Positions 50,701 to 61,176 of a stretch of 64,000 bases of DNA are shown one piece after another. The stretch is from an uncultured delta proteobacterium. GTDB taxonomy: Bacteria; Desulfobacterota; RBG-13-43-22. Positions within the stretch are counted from its first letter, which is position 1. Every line of letters begins with the position of its first letter. The position numbers and the translations under genes are program-made. The DNA lies in the NCBI GenBank assembly GCA_963790475.1, contig CAWBOS010000010.1, forward strand, positions 192,001 through 256,000, in the 5' to 3' direction. The notes below the pieces were generated by a model. The model worked only from the letters and a program-made list of their open reading frames with translations, was not told the origin of the DNA and searched no databases.

Positions 50701-50949
50701 TTACCAGATAGTTTTCAGATAAGGAAGTTCTCGAAGGAATTTATCTTTGGTGATAAGTGGGGAATTTAAATAATTAGCCGTTGAGACAATTATTTTATCG
50801 TGAAGCTCGGGAACGTCTTTGAGTTCCACAAGTTTTTGTAATATAGGAATATCAAGAGGAATGACGATATAATTCTCACTATCAATGATTTTTTTAGGGC
50901 TGTTAGTAAACCACCAGAGAAGGGCATGGGTATCCGTGACAAAATCCAT
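50701..50949 (-). pseudogene. PIN toxin with an in-frame internal deletion
   Basis: DTHALLWW start and LHDKIIVSTA...LITKD end, but only 82 aa. Confidence 0.7.
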
Positions 50950-51346
50950 AGGGTCTAAAAGTCAAGCTGCCCGGGTGTCGATCCAAACCCCAGACGATCA
51001 GGGCCTTGAGCCTTTGATTCGCTGACTTGAAATACTTTCTGATCAGGGGGAGGTTGGGCCGTTTCCTGTAACGCTCGGTTACCAGGGTGTCCAATATCCC
51101 CTCCGATAATTCCCCTTCCCCTTCAAGGTAGGCTACCAACTCCCGTTGGGCTTTATTTTTCGGTCTGGCCTTCTTTTCTTCAAATTCTTCCTCATCTTCC
51201 TCTTCAACGTAAGTGAAACCGATTTCCTCCATCGCCGACCGATAATTTTTTGGCTGAGTCCGAAAAATTTCATCGACCTTATCCCGGACCATTTCATTCT
51301 TCAGTTTCAAATATTCTTCCAAAGGATCTTTTTCTTTTTTACCCAT
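50903..51346 (-). CDS. Hypothetical protein, probably 3'-truncated
   Basis: Coding-like acidic/basic sequence whose tail runs into the PIN remnant. Confidence 0.5.
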   Translation of the reverse strand: MGKKEKDPLEEYLKLKNEMVRDKVDEIFRTQPKNYRSAMEEIGFTYVEEEDEEEFEEKKARPKNKAQRELVAYLEGEGELSEGILDTLVTERYRKRPNLPLIRKYFKSANQRLKALIVWGLDRHPGSLTFRPYGFCHGYPCPSLVVY

Positions 51347-51586
51347 TATTGCCCCGCAGACTTTCTGGATGTTTAAACTGACATTCTAATTTTTCGGAGT
51401 GTAATATAGCACATCTGTTTTTAAAATCTTTTTTCTCCCCAGATTTCTCATTTCACAAATGGTTATCGGTTCGATGTGCTTAAATTACCGATTGCCGTTT
51501 GAAATATTTGGATTGCAGTACCCCAACAATTCCCCCACTAAACGGGGACAGCTATTATTGGCAAATGCCTTGATCTTCATCTGGAT

Positions 51587-52380
51587 TCAAAGTTTTGATG
51601 CTTCCACAATCGATAAAAGCTTGCGAATCACTTTGGCATTATCAATGTGCCCACCCTCTCCTAGTTCATCCCAAATCTCTAACAACACATTCTCAACGCC
51701 CTTATAGACATCGATGCGCTGATATTCCTCCACCACTATCGTTCCTTTCCCTTGGGCAGTTGCCTCACTTAATTTGGCAGCAGTTGGCAGAAAGAACAAA
51801 ACTTTGCCAAAGTTGTCTGAGCATAATGTTCAATCACTTTGAAAGCCAATTTCCCAAGTTGTTCTACCATATGATCAGGGTCCAGTGTATTGACGTTAAT
51901 TTCCCTTAATAACGTCGCAGTTTGGACTAGTTTGATATCTTGAACTGGGTTGGCCACTCTTCCCACTTTACCTCCTACCACTCCGTACTCTGGTTTGGAG
52001 GAAAACTGCGTGATGTCTGCTGGAAAACCTCGATAACTCCTACCTATGTAATTTAATAATCGTGCCGTCAACTTTTCCAAGTCAATTTTCTTGAATTTGC
52101 CTCGTGACAATTCTTTAGGCCATCCACCTGAAAAACCTTCTGCAAGAACAATAATTGTTAAAACCTTTTCGGATTGGTTGACCTCCTTCGACACAGGTTC
52201 AGTTCTGATTTGCTTTTTGCTTCCGAATAGCTTGGCGAAAAATCCCGGCTTTTTAGTGGGGGGAAAGGTCTGGTTTGGTTTTCTTGGTTCTAAAGAATAA
52301 TCCGAATCACACTTCGGGCAGTTTCCATACCCCGCCCATGTAAATCCACATTCCTTGCACACATTTGTTTCCACTCTCAT
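51587..52380 (-). CDS. Hypothetical protein with an N-terminal zinc ribbon, possibly frameshifted near 51800-51830
   Basis: CKECG...CPKC; two overlapping ORFs 51769-52380 and 51587-51799. Confidence 0.45.
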
Positions 52381-52821
52381 ACCCTCTCAATGAGAAATCA
52401 TTTGTTTATTTCTATCTCCCTATAAAAAATGCAGAAAAAACCCCACCTCTCTCATGAGAACTGGGGTCTAATATTCTTCCATCGGAACTCCTTTATAAAA
52501 GGGATTGCTCCAACATGAAAACTTCCTAAATTTATTTAGGATTTCTTACCTCTTACTTTCCATAAAGTCAATTAATTTCAATTATCTTTTTCGCTGATTA
52601 CCGTTTGAACTCTTCCATTTTATCCAGAATGGAAATTAGAGGGGGGAGAACTCATGATTTAAAAGACATTTCCCTACCGAATTCCCCCTTTCTTTGCAAG
52701 ACGTTGTTCAAGTATCGAGTAGAAGAGATGATTGAAGAATGCTTGGATCGATTTCATACATTTTTTGAACCAACTGTTCCTTGTGTCTGCCACAGTAATA
52801 AGGGTTTAGAAAAATCTCCCC

Positions 52822-52884
52822 GTATTTCCTCATCTATTCGACTCCGGAGTCCTCGTAGAGGGGATAAGGGTTGAAACGGTTCAC
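52822..52884 (-). pseudogene. hsdS: N-terminal stub of a type I R-M specificity subunit
   Basis: GTG start overlaps the AbiEii stop; reads NRFNPYPLYEDSGVE* (cf. PYPxYKDSGVEW). Confidence 0.6.
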
Positions 52885-53828
52885 GAATTGACCTCCTGCC
52901 CTTCCCCCGCCAGTTTCCATGGCCCGCCCGGAGGCCAAGATAAATCGAATTTAGTTTGATCTTTTATGGCCCTCCAAATGGGGGCAAGAAATGATATGAG
53001 TGTTTCCCCAATGACAGAAAAATCAAGAGGCGCCCCCGGGAGATTATTGCGGAGACAGTATGCTCGCCATTGTCCATTACGGGCATTATCAATATAAAAA
53101 CGATGGGTAAGCGCTGCAGGCATTAAGAGTTTAAAGGGAGTGCGCCTTCTTTTGAAAGTGGTTTCAATCGCACGGACGACTTGATCTCCTTCATAAGAAA
53201 ACTGGACGGCCAAGGCATGCAGGTCGTAGAAATCTTTCAATCGACTATTAATTTCACCGAGGATGACAATGGCATGAAATTTTTCGGCAATTACCGCCTC
53301 GTGTGGATAGGCCCGAATTTGAGGGACTTGGCCATCCAGTAATACCGGATAGGATTCATACTCCCCCGGTGGTTCAATAGCATTGCCAAACCCGATATCA
53401 ATTTGCATTTGCAGCCGTGCCTTACCGAGTCTGGCCAGAAAGCGGAGACGAATTCCCTGATACTCAGTTTCATCGCGTATGGGTTCTGTTTTAAAGGTGG
53501 CGGTATCAAAAATGACCCCGTCATTTTCAACCGAAAGTTCACAGATGCTTTGAAAGGCGGCAAGTACGTCCTCGGTTTGGCTGCTCCCATATCCTGTAAA
53601 ATCGAGGTCACGGGTAGGCCTGTAAATAGAGCCGCCCCATAGGGCGTAGAGCATGGCCCCTTTGAGTACATAACGGTCACGGTATACCGAAACACCCAAC
53701 CGATAAAGAAACCTCTCGGCCACATAACGGTGGAGGAGAAACTGAAAATTTTCGCCCGTCTCTCGACTTCGGTTCAGAAGCCTGGCATGAACCGAGGCGG
53801 CTATATTGCTGGGTCCGTGGGAGGTCAT
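52881..53828 (-). CDS. abiEii: AbiEii nucleotidyltransferase toxin (type IV TA)
   Basis: LKGAML...RPTRDLDF, AEKFHA, SRLKDFYD. Confidence 0.9.
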   Translation of the reverse strand: MTSHGPSNIAASVHARLLNRSRETGENFQFLLHRYVAERFLYRLGVSVYRDRYVLKGAMLYALWGGSIYRPTRDLDFTGYGSSQTEDVLAAFQSICELSVENDGVIFDTATFKTEPIRDETEYQGIRLRFLARLGKARLQMQIDIGFGNAIEPPGEYESYPVLLDGQVPQIRAYPHEAVIAEKFHAIVILGEINSRLKDFYDLHALAVQFSYEGDQVVRAIETTFKRRRTPFKLLMPAALTHRFYIDNARNGQWRAYCLRNNLPGAPLDFSVIGETLISFLAPIWRAIKDQTKFDLSWPPGGPWKLAGEGQEVNS

Positions 53829-54433
53829 GGCGCCAAGGTCTCCAGGTATGGTTTCATTATGGTCCTGGCCCGGCAGACTTCAGCCGCCTGTACGATCTCA
53901 TCCACCATCACTTTACGAGAGCGGACGGCATCGCGCAGGGCCTCGATAGCTACATCAATTCCGATTTTGTTGCGATATCGGAAGCAATCCACTACCGTGC
54001 GAGCCGGTGAGGTGATGTGTGCAGGTATTCCCTGTATCATTCGAGTCTGGACACCATAGGTAAGCATGGCGCCGGAGAAACGAAAAAATCGTACCTGAGC
54101 CGGAATGTGGGCTGGTTTCCGAGCTTTAATATCAAGGGCGAGCCATACCTCATGAGGGTTTTGGGTGCCAATACCATAAATGCTTAGGGCAGAAAGAAGA
54201 CAGACGATCCCGGAAGGGACGGCGGAACAGACCATGGCAACGGTTTCCAACTCTGTCAGTTTGACTGATGACATGCGGTACAGACCCTTACTAATCTTTT
54301 CAATTTTGCCCAACTTTACCAAGCGTTGGAGTTCTTGAAACGAAATACCGAACGACGCAATATGGCGAGGCCGAAAAAAGGTTCCGATTTTCGCTTTTTT
54401 TAGTTTTTCTTCTGCTGAGTCCACTGATTTCAT
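53825..54433 (-). CDS. abiEi: AbiEi antitoxin
   Basis: KGLYR, CLLSAL, TSPARTVVDCFRYRNKIG. Confidence 0.9.
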   Translation of the reverse strand: MKSVDSAEEKLKKAKIGTFFRPRHIASFGISFQELQRLVKLGKIEKISKGLYRMSSVKLTELETVAMVCSAVPSGIVCLLSALSIYGIGTQNPHEVWLALDIKARKPAHIPAQVRFFRFSGAMLTYGVQTRMIQGIPAHITSPARTVVDCFRYRNKIGIDVAIEALRDAVRSRKVMVDEIVQAAEVCRARTIMKPYLETLAP

Positions 54434-54439
54434 GGAGGC

Positions 54440-54485
54440 ATTATACTAAATGTCGGTACTTACAGTCAAGTGCCGACATTTAGTA
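54440..54485 (-). promoter_or_regulatory. abiE promoter with an 18-bp inverted-repeat operator
   Basis: TACTAAATGTCGGTACTT / AAGTGCCGACATTTAGTA (17/18) overlapping TTGACT-18bp-TATAAT on the minus strand. Confidence 0.8.
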
Positions 54486-54767
54486 CAGAATGATTTTTCC
54501 TTGATTTGAAGAACTTGTTGGAATTGTAAAAAAAACTCATGTGTGAGAATGTACCTATTTGTCTATTATTGTCGAGGTTTTCACACAGTATTTAAACCCC
54601 TTCCAGTCACCTACCCCAACATCCTAAATAATATCCTGTTCAATTTCTTGAAAATAGGCTCTATTGCTTCAAGAGGCCGTGACTGGGTATCTTATAGAAA
54701 TAGCGGTCAAAGTTGATCTCATATCCCACGTGATGGATATGGGATAACAGATTACTAAATTTGGATT

Positions 54768-55226
54768 TTATGTTTTTAGGCGAGGATCAGGAGAATAGGG
54801 CTCAACCTCTATAATGCGAACGCCGATCATCTCCGGATGGGCCGGATTGATGAGAACGTTTTTTTCGGGAGGCATAATCACCGAGGGAAGGCGAAGGAGC
54901 AGGCTTTTTTTTGATCTGATCCAGGAGGACCCGATATCCGCAAGTTCGAGCGCTGCCGGATAAGATCGCCAGTTCCGGGGTAACTCCTCCATGGTTATCT
55001 CTTTTGCGGATGCTTTATCCGGGATCTCGATTGATGCCAGGCTAAGACCGGGGGGGATTATCGTTCGGCTCAAGTGGACGAAGAACTCAAGGGCTGCCAA
55101 GGCCCTGCTTTCGGACGCATAGAGTACGCCAATCCCCTTGGGGTTCCATCGACCTCCGTAGAGCCTTGGGCCGCTGCCTGAAAGATCACCAATGTAAGCG
55201 CTTTTTGCGATTCGAAATACGACCAT
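54768..55226 (-). CDS. RES-domain toxin
   Basis: GGRWNPKG...YASESRALAALE...LPSVI...NVLINPAHP. Confidence 0.92.
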   Translation of the reverse strand: MVVFRIAKSAYIGDLSGSGPRLYGGRWNPKGIGVLYASESRALAALEFFVHLSRTIIPPGLSLASIEIPDKASAKEITMEELPRNWRSYPAALELADIGSSWIRSKKSLLLRLPSVIMPPEKNVLINPAHPEMIGVRIIEVEPYSPDPRLKT

Positions 55227-55645
55227 CAGGAAATAATCCCGTACTCGATCCTCCCAAGTTCATCGAGGATCATGTCTATGCCGAAGTTGGACACCAGGAG
55301 GTCAATAGGTTTTTTGCTGGCCAGAGCTCTGTTCCGTTCTTTCAGCCAGGCGTTGAATTGTTCGCTATTTCCAAATATCTCTTCACCCCTTGATACCACC
55401 AAAGCAATCCGTAGAATCCGTTCTGAGACGGCCCGACTGAAAACCCTTTCGGCGCCGTATCTCTGGATGGTCCTCAGGTTCACGGATAGGAGTGGGGCCA
55501 TCTCCGATAGGCCGAGAGAGAGATGTTTTGCCAGACGGGATACGGCTCCCTTGGAAACCCCTTTCCCGCCCAGCTTGACCAGATCAAGTGGGCTCCTGAT
55601 CGTTTCCTTCAATCCCAGGACCTGTTTCATATTGGAAAGCTCCAT
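55226..55645 (-). CDS. Xre/MbcA/ParS antitoxin
   Basis: HTH, SERILRI, WLKERNRAL...PIDLL...LGRIEYG. Confidence 0.9.
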   Translation of the reverse strand: MELSNMKQVLGLKETIRSPLDLVKLGGKGVSKGAVSRLAKHLSLGLSEMAPLLSVNLRTIQRYGAERVFSRAVSERILRIALVVSRGEEIFGNSEQFNAWLKERNRALASKKPIDLLVSNFGIDMILDELGRIEYGIIS

Positions 55646-55830
55646 CTTTCTTCCTTTCGTTGGGATGACATTTGTCCATTATAATAGCGCCAATTGACGT
55701 TTATGTCAAGAAGGGAAGGGAAAGAAATATTTTATAAATTTTCCTTGACCCCCGGAGGACCCTGTTTTATGCTCACCCCTACCAGACTGATTGGAATATA
55801 ATAGAACGATATCAAATAATTCGAGAAGCG

Positions 55831-56080
55831 GTATTAATTTAGCTTCAGGGAACAATCGCTTTCACCGCAGAGGCGCAGAGGACGCAAAGAAGAAAATTTC
55901 TCCATTGCAGGTGAGATGCCTGCAATGGAGAAGCTCCGCTGCTCATCGGGCAATGATTTGACCGGAGGCCAGATCGGGTTTGAACAATCACGCCACTCAC
56001 GGGATTGTTCAAAAAAAATCTCTCTGCGTTCTTTGCGTCTCGGCGGTGAATACACTTTTTTCAAACACCTAAAATGGAAT
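55831..56080. repeat. Second copy of the structured MITE seen at 7868
   Basis: TTCACCGCAGAGGCGCAGAGG...CTCTGCGTTCTTTGCGTCTCGGCGGTGAA with the same hairpin order. Confidence 0.75.
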
Positions 56081-56091
56081 GAGGAGTTGAG

Positions 56092-56857
56092 ATGATCAAG
56101 GTTGGAATTATCGGCGGATCGGGACTGGATGATCCAAAAATTTTAAAAAATGCCGCAGAGATCATGGTCAGATACCCCCTACGGGTCTCCGACCTCCGGA
56201 TTGACTTGCGGGACCATCGAAGGGGTGGATACCGTGATCATCGCCCGCCATGGGAAGAACCACAGCATCTTTCCCAGTAAGGTCAATTTTCGGGCCAACA
56301 TTTGGGCCTTGAAAGAACAGGGCTGTACCCATATCCTGGCCTCCACCGCCGTCGGCTCTCTGCGGGAAGAAATCGCTCCGGGCCATCTGGTCTTCCCCGG
56401 CCAGTTTATCGATTTCACCAGAAAAAGGGATACCACCTTTTTTGATGAAGATGTGGTGGTTCATACGCCCCTGGCCGAACCATTCTGCGATAATTTAATC
56501 GCTTTGATTTCCTCTTGCGCCGAGCGGTTGAGAATTCCCTATCATCGGGACAAAACGGTCATTACCATTGAAGGTCCCCGGTTTTCGACCAAGGCGGAAA
56601 GCCGCATGTTCAGAAGCTGGCAGGCGGACGTCATCAACATGAGCACGGTCCCGGAAGTCATTCTGGCCAGAGAGAAGCATATCCATTATGCCGTCATCGC
56701 CATGTCCACGGATTATGACTGTTGGCATGAGGAAGAGGAGCCGGTTACCTGGGAAATGATCGTCAACACCATGAAGAAAAACGCCGCTAATGTCATTAAT
56801 CTCTTTATGGAGGCCATCCCGAAAATCCAGGAATATGATGATATCTGTTTAAAATAG
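56092..56857 (+). CDS. mtnP: S-methyl-5'-thioadenosine phosphorylase (one frameshift near 56170)
   Basis: GIIGGSG, TPYG, ARHG, IEGPRFSTKAES, NMSTVPE, TDYDCW. Confidence 0.88.
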
Positions 56858-56907
56858 CCAGGACCTTTGAAAATTGAACATTTTTCAATGCTCGGATAAA
56901 GGAGAAA

Positions 56908-57447
56908 ATGGTTATGACCATTAAATCAAGAATCAGAACCATCCCGGATCATCCCAAGAAAGGCGTCATGTTCCGGGATATCACCACCCTTCTTAAGGAT
57001 CCGGTCGGCTTCAGGCTGGTGATTGACAATCTGACCCAGCGCTATATCAAAGGGGATATCCTCTTTGATATCATCGTCGGGATAGAGGCCAGAGGCTTTA
57101 TTATCGGAGGGGCCTTGTCCTATACCCTGGGAAAGGGATTTATTCCCATCCGAAAAGTGGGCAAGCTTCCGGCCGAAGTGGTCAGCCACGAGTATGACCT
57201 CGAATACGGCACCGATACCATTGAGATGCACAAAGATTCCATCAGCAAAGGGACCAGAGTCCTCATCATAGACGACTTGTTGGCCACGGGGGGTACGGCC
57301 CTGGCCGCGGCCACTCTGGTTGAAAAGCTGGGCGGGAAGGTGATTGAAATGGCTTTTATCGTTAATCTCCCGGATGTGGGGGGAGAGGAGCTATTAAAGA
57401 AAAAGGGATATTCGGTTTATTGTCTGACGGAATTTGAAGGAGATTAG
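56908..57447 (+). CDS. apt: Adenine phosphoribosyltransferase
   Basis: FRDITTL, EARGF, RKxGKLP, YDLEYG, IIDDLLATGGT. Confidence 0.95.
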   Translation: MVMTIKSRIRTIPDHPKKGVMFRDITTLLKDPVGFRLVIDNLTQRYIKGDILFDIIVGIEARGFIIGGALSYTLGKGFIPIRKVGKLPAEVVSHEYDLEYGTDTIEMHKDSISKGTRVLIIDDLLATGGTALAAATLVEKLGGKVIEMAFIVNLPDVGGEELLKKKGYSVYCLTEFEGD

Positions 57448-57464
57448 ATTCCTTCACTATTGTC

Positions 57465-57545
57465 CGTTACGGGTCACGGGTTGCAGGTTAAAAAGGCCGA
57501 ACTTTTTTCGATAACTCGCAACTCGATAACTTGCAATTCACAACA
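57465..57545. repeat. Short heptamer tandem repeats forming an inverted pair between convergent genes
   Basis: GTTACGG/GTCACGG/GTTGCAG versus AACTCGC/AACTCGA/AACTTGC. Confidence 0.5.
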
Positions 57546-57574
57546 GAAAAATTTCAAATAAGTTTGGTTAGAAT

Positions 57575-58906
57575 TTATTCTCCGGAGATAATCCTGCGGC
57601 TGATTCGACGCACCCGATCCATAGCCTCATCCATATCAAAGGTCAGGATCTTGCGGTCTTCCATCACCATCCGGCCCTCAATCATCACCGAATGGACGTC
57701 GGACCCTTGGGCGGCATAGACCATAAGGGAAAAGGGATCGTAACAGGGTACGAGGTGGGGACGATTCAGGTCAAGGAAGATCATATCGGCCTTTTTGCCG
57801 ATCTCCAATGAACCGGTTTCCTTTTCCAGACCCAAGACCCGGGCCCCTTCGATAGTGGCCATGCGCAACACCGTCCGAGCGTTCATGACCGTAGGTTGGA
57901 GATAGCGGACCTTTCCCAATTTGGCCGCGGTATCCATCTCTTTAAGTAAGTCCAGGTCATTATTACTGGCACAGCCGTCAGTCCCCAATCCGACTAATAC
58001 CCCTTTTTCCAACATCTCGACCACTGGGGCGATTCCGGAAGCCAGTTTCATATTGCTCTCCGGGCAATGGGCCACCCCGGTCCGGGTTTGGGCCAGGAGT
58101 TCAATCTCTTCCGAATCTACATGAATGGCATGGACGACCACAGTTTGGGGATCCAGAACCTCCAGGTTGTCCAAGTAGTGAATGGGGGTCTTCCCGTAAC
58201 GGGATTTTATCAAGGCCCTTTCTTCCCGGGTTTCAGCAGCATGAATAAAGAAAAAAACCTGTTTTCTTCGACATATTTCTTTGGCGGATTTTATCGTTTC
58301 CGGTGAGCAGACATAAGGGGAATGGCAGAAAATTCCCGGTCTGATACGCGAAGTAAAACCAGCCCATTTTTCAACATGCCGTTGGGCGGTGGAGATATTT
58401 TGGGCCGGATCCGGAATCCCGGGTGCGGGGAAATCAACCACTCCCTGACATAAAAGGCCCCGCATCCCTGATTGGTCAACGGCTTTAACCACCCCGTCCA
58501 TACAAAAATATCCGTCGGCAAAGGTGGTTGTTCCGGAAAGGATCATCTCAGCACAGGCCAGCAAGGTTCCCCAATAGACTGAGTCGGGGTTAACAAAACG
58601 GCTCTCAGCCGGGAAAATAATTTCCTCAAGCCAGGTTTTCAAAGGCAGGTCATCGGCCAGACCGCGGAAGAGGGTCATGGCCGCGTGGGTATGGGTATTG
58701 ATCAGTCCGGGCAGGACGGCGCCTCCTCGAACATCTATGATTTTCCGGGCATCGGCTTCCAAGGCGTGCAATTGTTTTTCCGGGCCAACGGCAATAATGG
58801 TATCTCCTTTTATGGCCAGTGCTCCGGGTTGGTGGATTTCCATGGCCGGATTCATGGTCAGGATCATTCCATTCTTAATATATAGATCTGGAGAGTTGTT
58901 GGACAT
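57575..58906 (-). CDS. mtaD: 5-methylthioadenosine/S-adenosylhomocysteine deaminase-like amidohydrolase
   Basis: NTHTH, HSPY, HAAET, HCPESNMKLASG, GTDGCASN. Confidence 0.85.
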   Translation of the reverse strand: MSNNSPDLYIKNGMILTMNPAMEIHQPGALAIKGDTIIAVGPEKQLHALEADARKIIDVRGGAVLPGLINTHTHAAMTLFRGLADDLPLKTWLEEIIFPAESRFVNPDSVYWGTLLACAEMILSGTTTFADGYFCMDGVVKAVDQSGMRGLLCQGVVDFPAPGIPDPAQNISTAQRHVEKWAGFTSRIRPGIFCHSPYVCSPETIKSAKEICRRKQVFFFIHAAETREERALIKSRYGKTPIHYLDNLEVLDPQTVVVHAIHVDSEEIELLAQTRTGVAHCPESNMKLASGIAPVVEMLEKGVLVGLGTDGCASNNDLDLLKEMDTAAKLGKVRYLQPTVMNARTVLRMATIEGARVLGLEKETGSLEIGKKADMIFLDLNRPHLVPCYDPFSLMVYAAQGSDVHSVMIEGRMVMEDRKILTFDMDEAMDRVRRISRRIISGE

Positions 58907-58923
58907 GATTAGACCAGTTTAAT

Positions 58924-60192
58924 TTATTTTTCTAAAGAGATCTTTGAAATGACCCCTTCGACCAGGGCCATAAGTTTCGGCTCCGTTTTTTGGGCGGTTT
59001 CAATGACGGATTCCATCGTGATCGGTTCCATACAGTCCGGTCGATTAACATTGGTGATTACCGAAAATCCCAATAGGCGCATTCCAACCTGGACCGCTGT
59101 GATTACTTCCATGATGGTGGACATGCCGACGGCCTGTGCCCCCATTGCTATTAGAAATCGGGTTTCAGCCGGGGTCTCCAGGGTCGGTCCTTTGAGGCCC
59201 ACATAGACCCCTTGGCGCAAAGGGATCTTCTGCTCTTCGGCTACCTTTTTGGCCAGGGCACTCAGCTCTCGATCATACACTCGAGACATGTCGGGAAAGC
59301 GGGGGCCCCAGAGTTCCAAGTGGGGACCGACCAGGGGATTTTCGCCGGTAAAATTGATCTGATCGGTGATCAACATGACATCGCCTGGTTCAAAAAGAGG
59401 ATCCAGCCCTCCGGCGGCGTTGGAGACGATCAATGTCCTGATTCCCAGGGCGGATAAGACCCGAATGGGGAAAGCGATTTGCCGGGCCGTATATCCTTCA
59501 TAAAGGTGGAAACGCCCCTGCAAAACCAACACCTTTTTACCACCCAGCAGGCCCCAGGTCAGGTTCCCCGGATGTGATTCCACTGTAGAATGAGGAAAGA
59601 AGGGGAGTTCTTGATAAGAAATAGAAGAAGAATCCTCCAGATGGTCGGCCAACCCTCCCAGACCTGTCCCCAACACTATACCTATACGGGTATCGGCCGG
59701 AATCCGCTCTTGGAGAAGACCAAGGACCCCTTGTATATTTTGTTCCGTTTCTTCCGTTCTTTTTCCCATGGCTTTCCCAATTTCCTGTTCCCTGAAATAG
59801 TCATTAAGGATCAGGTGGTGATCAAAGGCCAGGGAGGAGGGCAGGGTGAAGCGGTCAAATGTTCCGATCCCCTCGGCATCATCGGCGGCGACGGGAAGGC
59901 CTTGGGCCCGGGCGATAAACACCGTGGTGATCGTGTGACGGCGAGGGTCTCGATCCGGATTGGAGTAGGTGTGCAGTTGCCGAATCAGACTGACCTCAAG
60001 CGAGGTTTCTTCCCTGGCCTCCCGGACGGCCGCTTCTTCCAGGGATTCCCCATAATCCACAAATCCTCCGGGCAGGGCCCAGCCGAACGGGGGATTTTTC
60101 CTGCGGATCAAGACGATTTTTCCGTCCTTTAACTCGATGATAATATCCACTGTGGGCACAGGGTTTTTATACACGGGGGCAGGGGGGCTCAA
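58924..60192 (-). CDS. NUDIX hydrolase fused to purine nucleoside phosphorylase
   Basis: [22 protein letters not shown] Nudix box, then [33 protein letters not shown]. Confidence 0.88.
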   Translation of the reverse strand: MSPPAPVYKNPVPTVDIIIELKDGKIVLIRRKNPPFGWALPGGFVDYGESLEEAAVREAREETSLEVSLIRQLHTYSNPDRDPRRHTITTVFIARAQGLPVAADDAEGIGTFDRFTLPSSLAFDHHLILNDYFREQEIGKAMGKRTEETEQNIQGVLGLLQERIPADTRIGIVLGTGLGGLADHLEDSSSISYQELPFFPHSTVESHPGNLTWGLLGGKKVLVLQGRFHLYEGYTARQIAFPIRVLSALGIRTLIVSNAAGGLDPLFEPGDVMLITDQINFTGENPLVGPHLELWGPRFPDMSRVYDRELSALAKKVAEEQKIPLRQGVYVGLKGPTLETPAETRFLIAMGAQAVGMSTIMEVITAVQVGMRLLGFSVITNVNRPDCMEPITMESVIETAQKTEPKLMALVEGVISKISLEK

Positions 60193-60575
60193 GATGGCTT
60201 TCTTTCCAGCCGATACTCAGGACAGCGGCCTAAACAGGCCTCTTTTTTTAACAGGCATTGGGTTTGAAATTGATTGATGCAGGTGGGAAAACTAAGGCCC
60301 GATTCAATAAAATTCTTGCAGGATATTCGGGCCATTTCTTTTAAATTTTTGTCCACAATATAACGCTGAGCGATCCAACCGTCCCGGTCATGGATGGTCA
60401 ATCCGAATCGTTCCAGCCGCTTAAGCCGATCCAGAGTTTGATGTCCCATCCGTTGTCTTTCGACAATGAGAATACAAAGATGTTCCTCGGCCGGTGGAAA
60501 GATTTCAGGTTTGACACAACGTCCCCGTTTGAAATATTGACATCTCTTACCTGAAAGTTTTCGGACCGTGGCCAT
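60189..60575 (-). CDS. Cysteine-rich hypothetical protein
   Basis: 128 aa with 8 Cys, co-oriented and overlapping within the operon. Confidence 0.55.
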   Translation of the reverse strand: MATVRKLSGKRCQYFKRGRCVKPEIFPPAEEHLCILIVERQRMGHQTLDRLKRLERFGLTIHDRDGWIAQRYIVDKNLKEMARISCKNFIESGLSFPTCINQFQTQCLLKKEACLGRCPEYRLERKPS

Positions 60576-60625
60576 ACTCAATTGCGGATTTTGGATTGAT
60601 GATTGCGGAATCAAAGGCTTCGCTA

Positions 60626-61063
60626 TTAATTCTTTGATAAAACCTTTATAGGATCCCCGGGCTTTACCTGGCCGCCTCGAAGGATACGGACAAAAATTCC
60701 TTCTCTGGGCATGACGCAATCCCCGGCCAGACGATAGATAGCGCAATGGTCGTGACAGACCTTGCCGATCTGGGTAACCTCCACCAGGGCCTCCGGTCCC
60801 AGGCTTAGACGGCTGCCTATGGGAAGTTCGGGCAGCACAATACCCTCGGTAGTTATGTTTTCAGCAAAAGAACCGGGATGGACCTTCAGTCCCAGGTCCT
60901 GCATTTTTTTTATGCTCTCCATCGCTAAAAGGCTGAGCTGGCGATGCCAAGGTCCTCCATGCGCGTCCCCGGCCAGGCCGAATTCCTCAACCAACACCCC
61001 TTCAGGGATATTTTTTTTGGGGACCCCTTTTTGATCACTGATGGAAACGGCGACTATCTTCAT
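60626..61063 (-). CDS. MOSC domain protein
   Basis: GDAHGG, RQLSLL, FAENITTEG, TQIGKVCH, MPREGIF. Confidence 0.9.
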   Translation of the reverse strand: MKIVAVSISDQKGVPKKNIPEGVLVEEFGLAGDAHGGPWHRQLSLLAMESIKKMQDLGLKVHPGSFAENITTEGIVLPELPIGSRLSLGPEALVEVTQIGKVCHDHCAIYRLAGDCVMPREGIFVRILRGGQVKPGDPIKVLSKN

Positions 61064-61096
61064 GGTAAATCCTTTAAAAGGGTTCATGGAGTTAAG

Positions 61097-61172
61097 GGGG
61101 GCAAGGGTTCAAGTGCAAAGCGTGGAAATTATAACCCTTGAACCCTTGAATCCTGGAATCCTCGAACCCTGT
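61097..61172. repeat. Octamer tandem repeat with an inverted partner
   Basis: AACCCTTG/AATCCTGG/AATCCTCG array versus CAAGGGTTCAAG. Confidence 0.5.
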
Positions 61173-61176
61173 TTTT

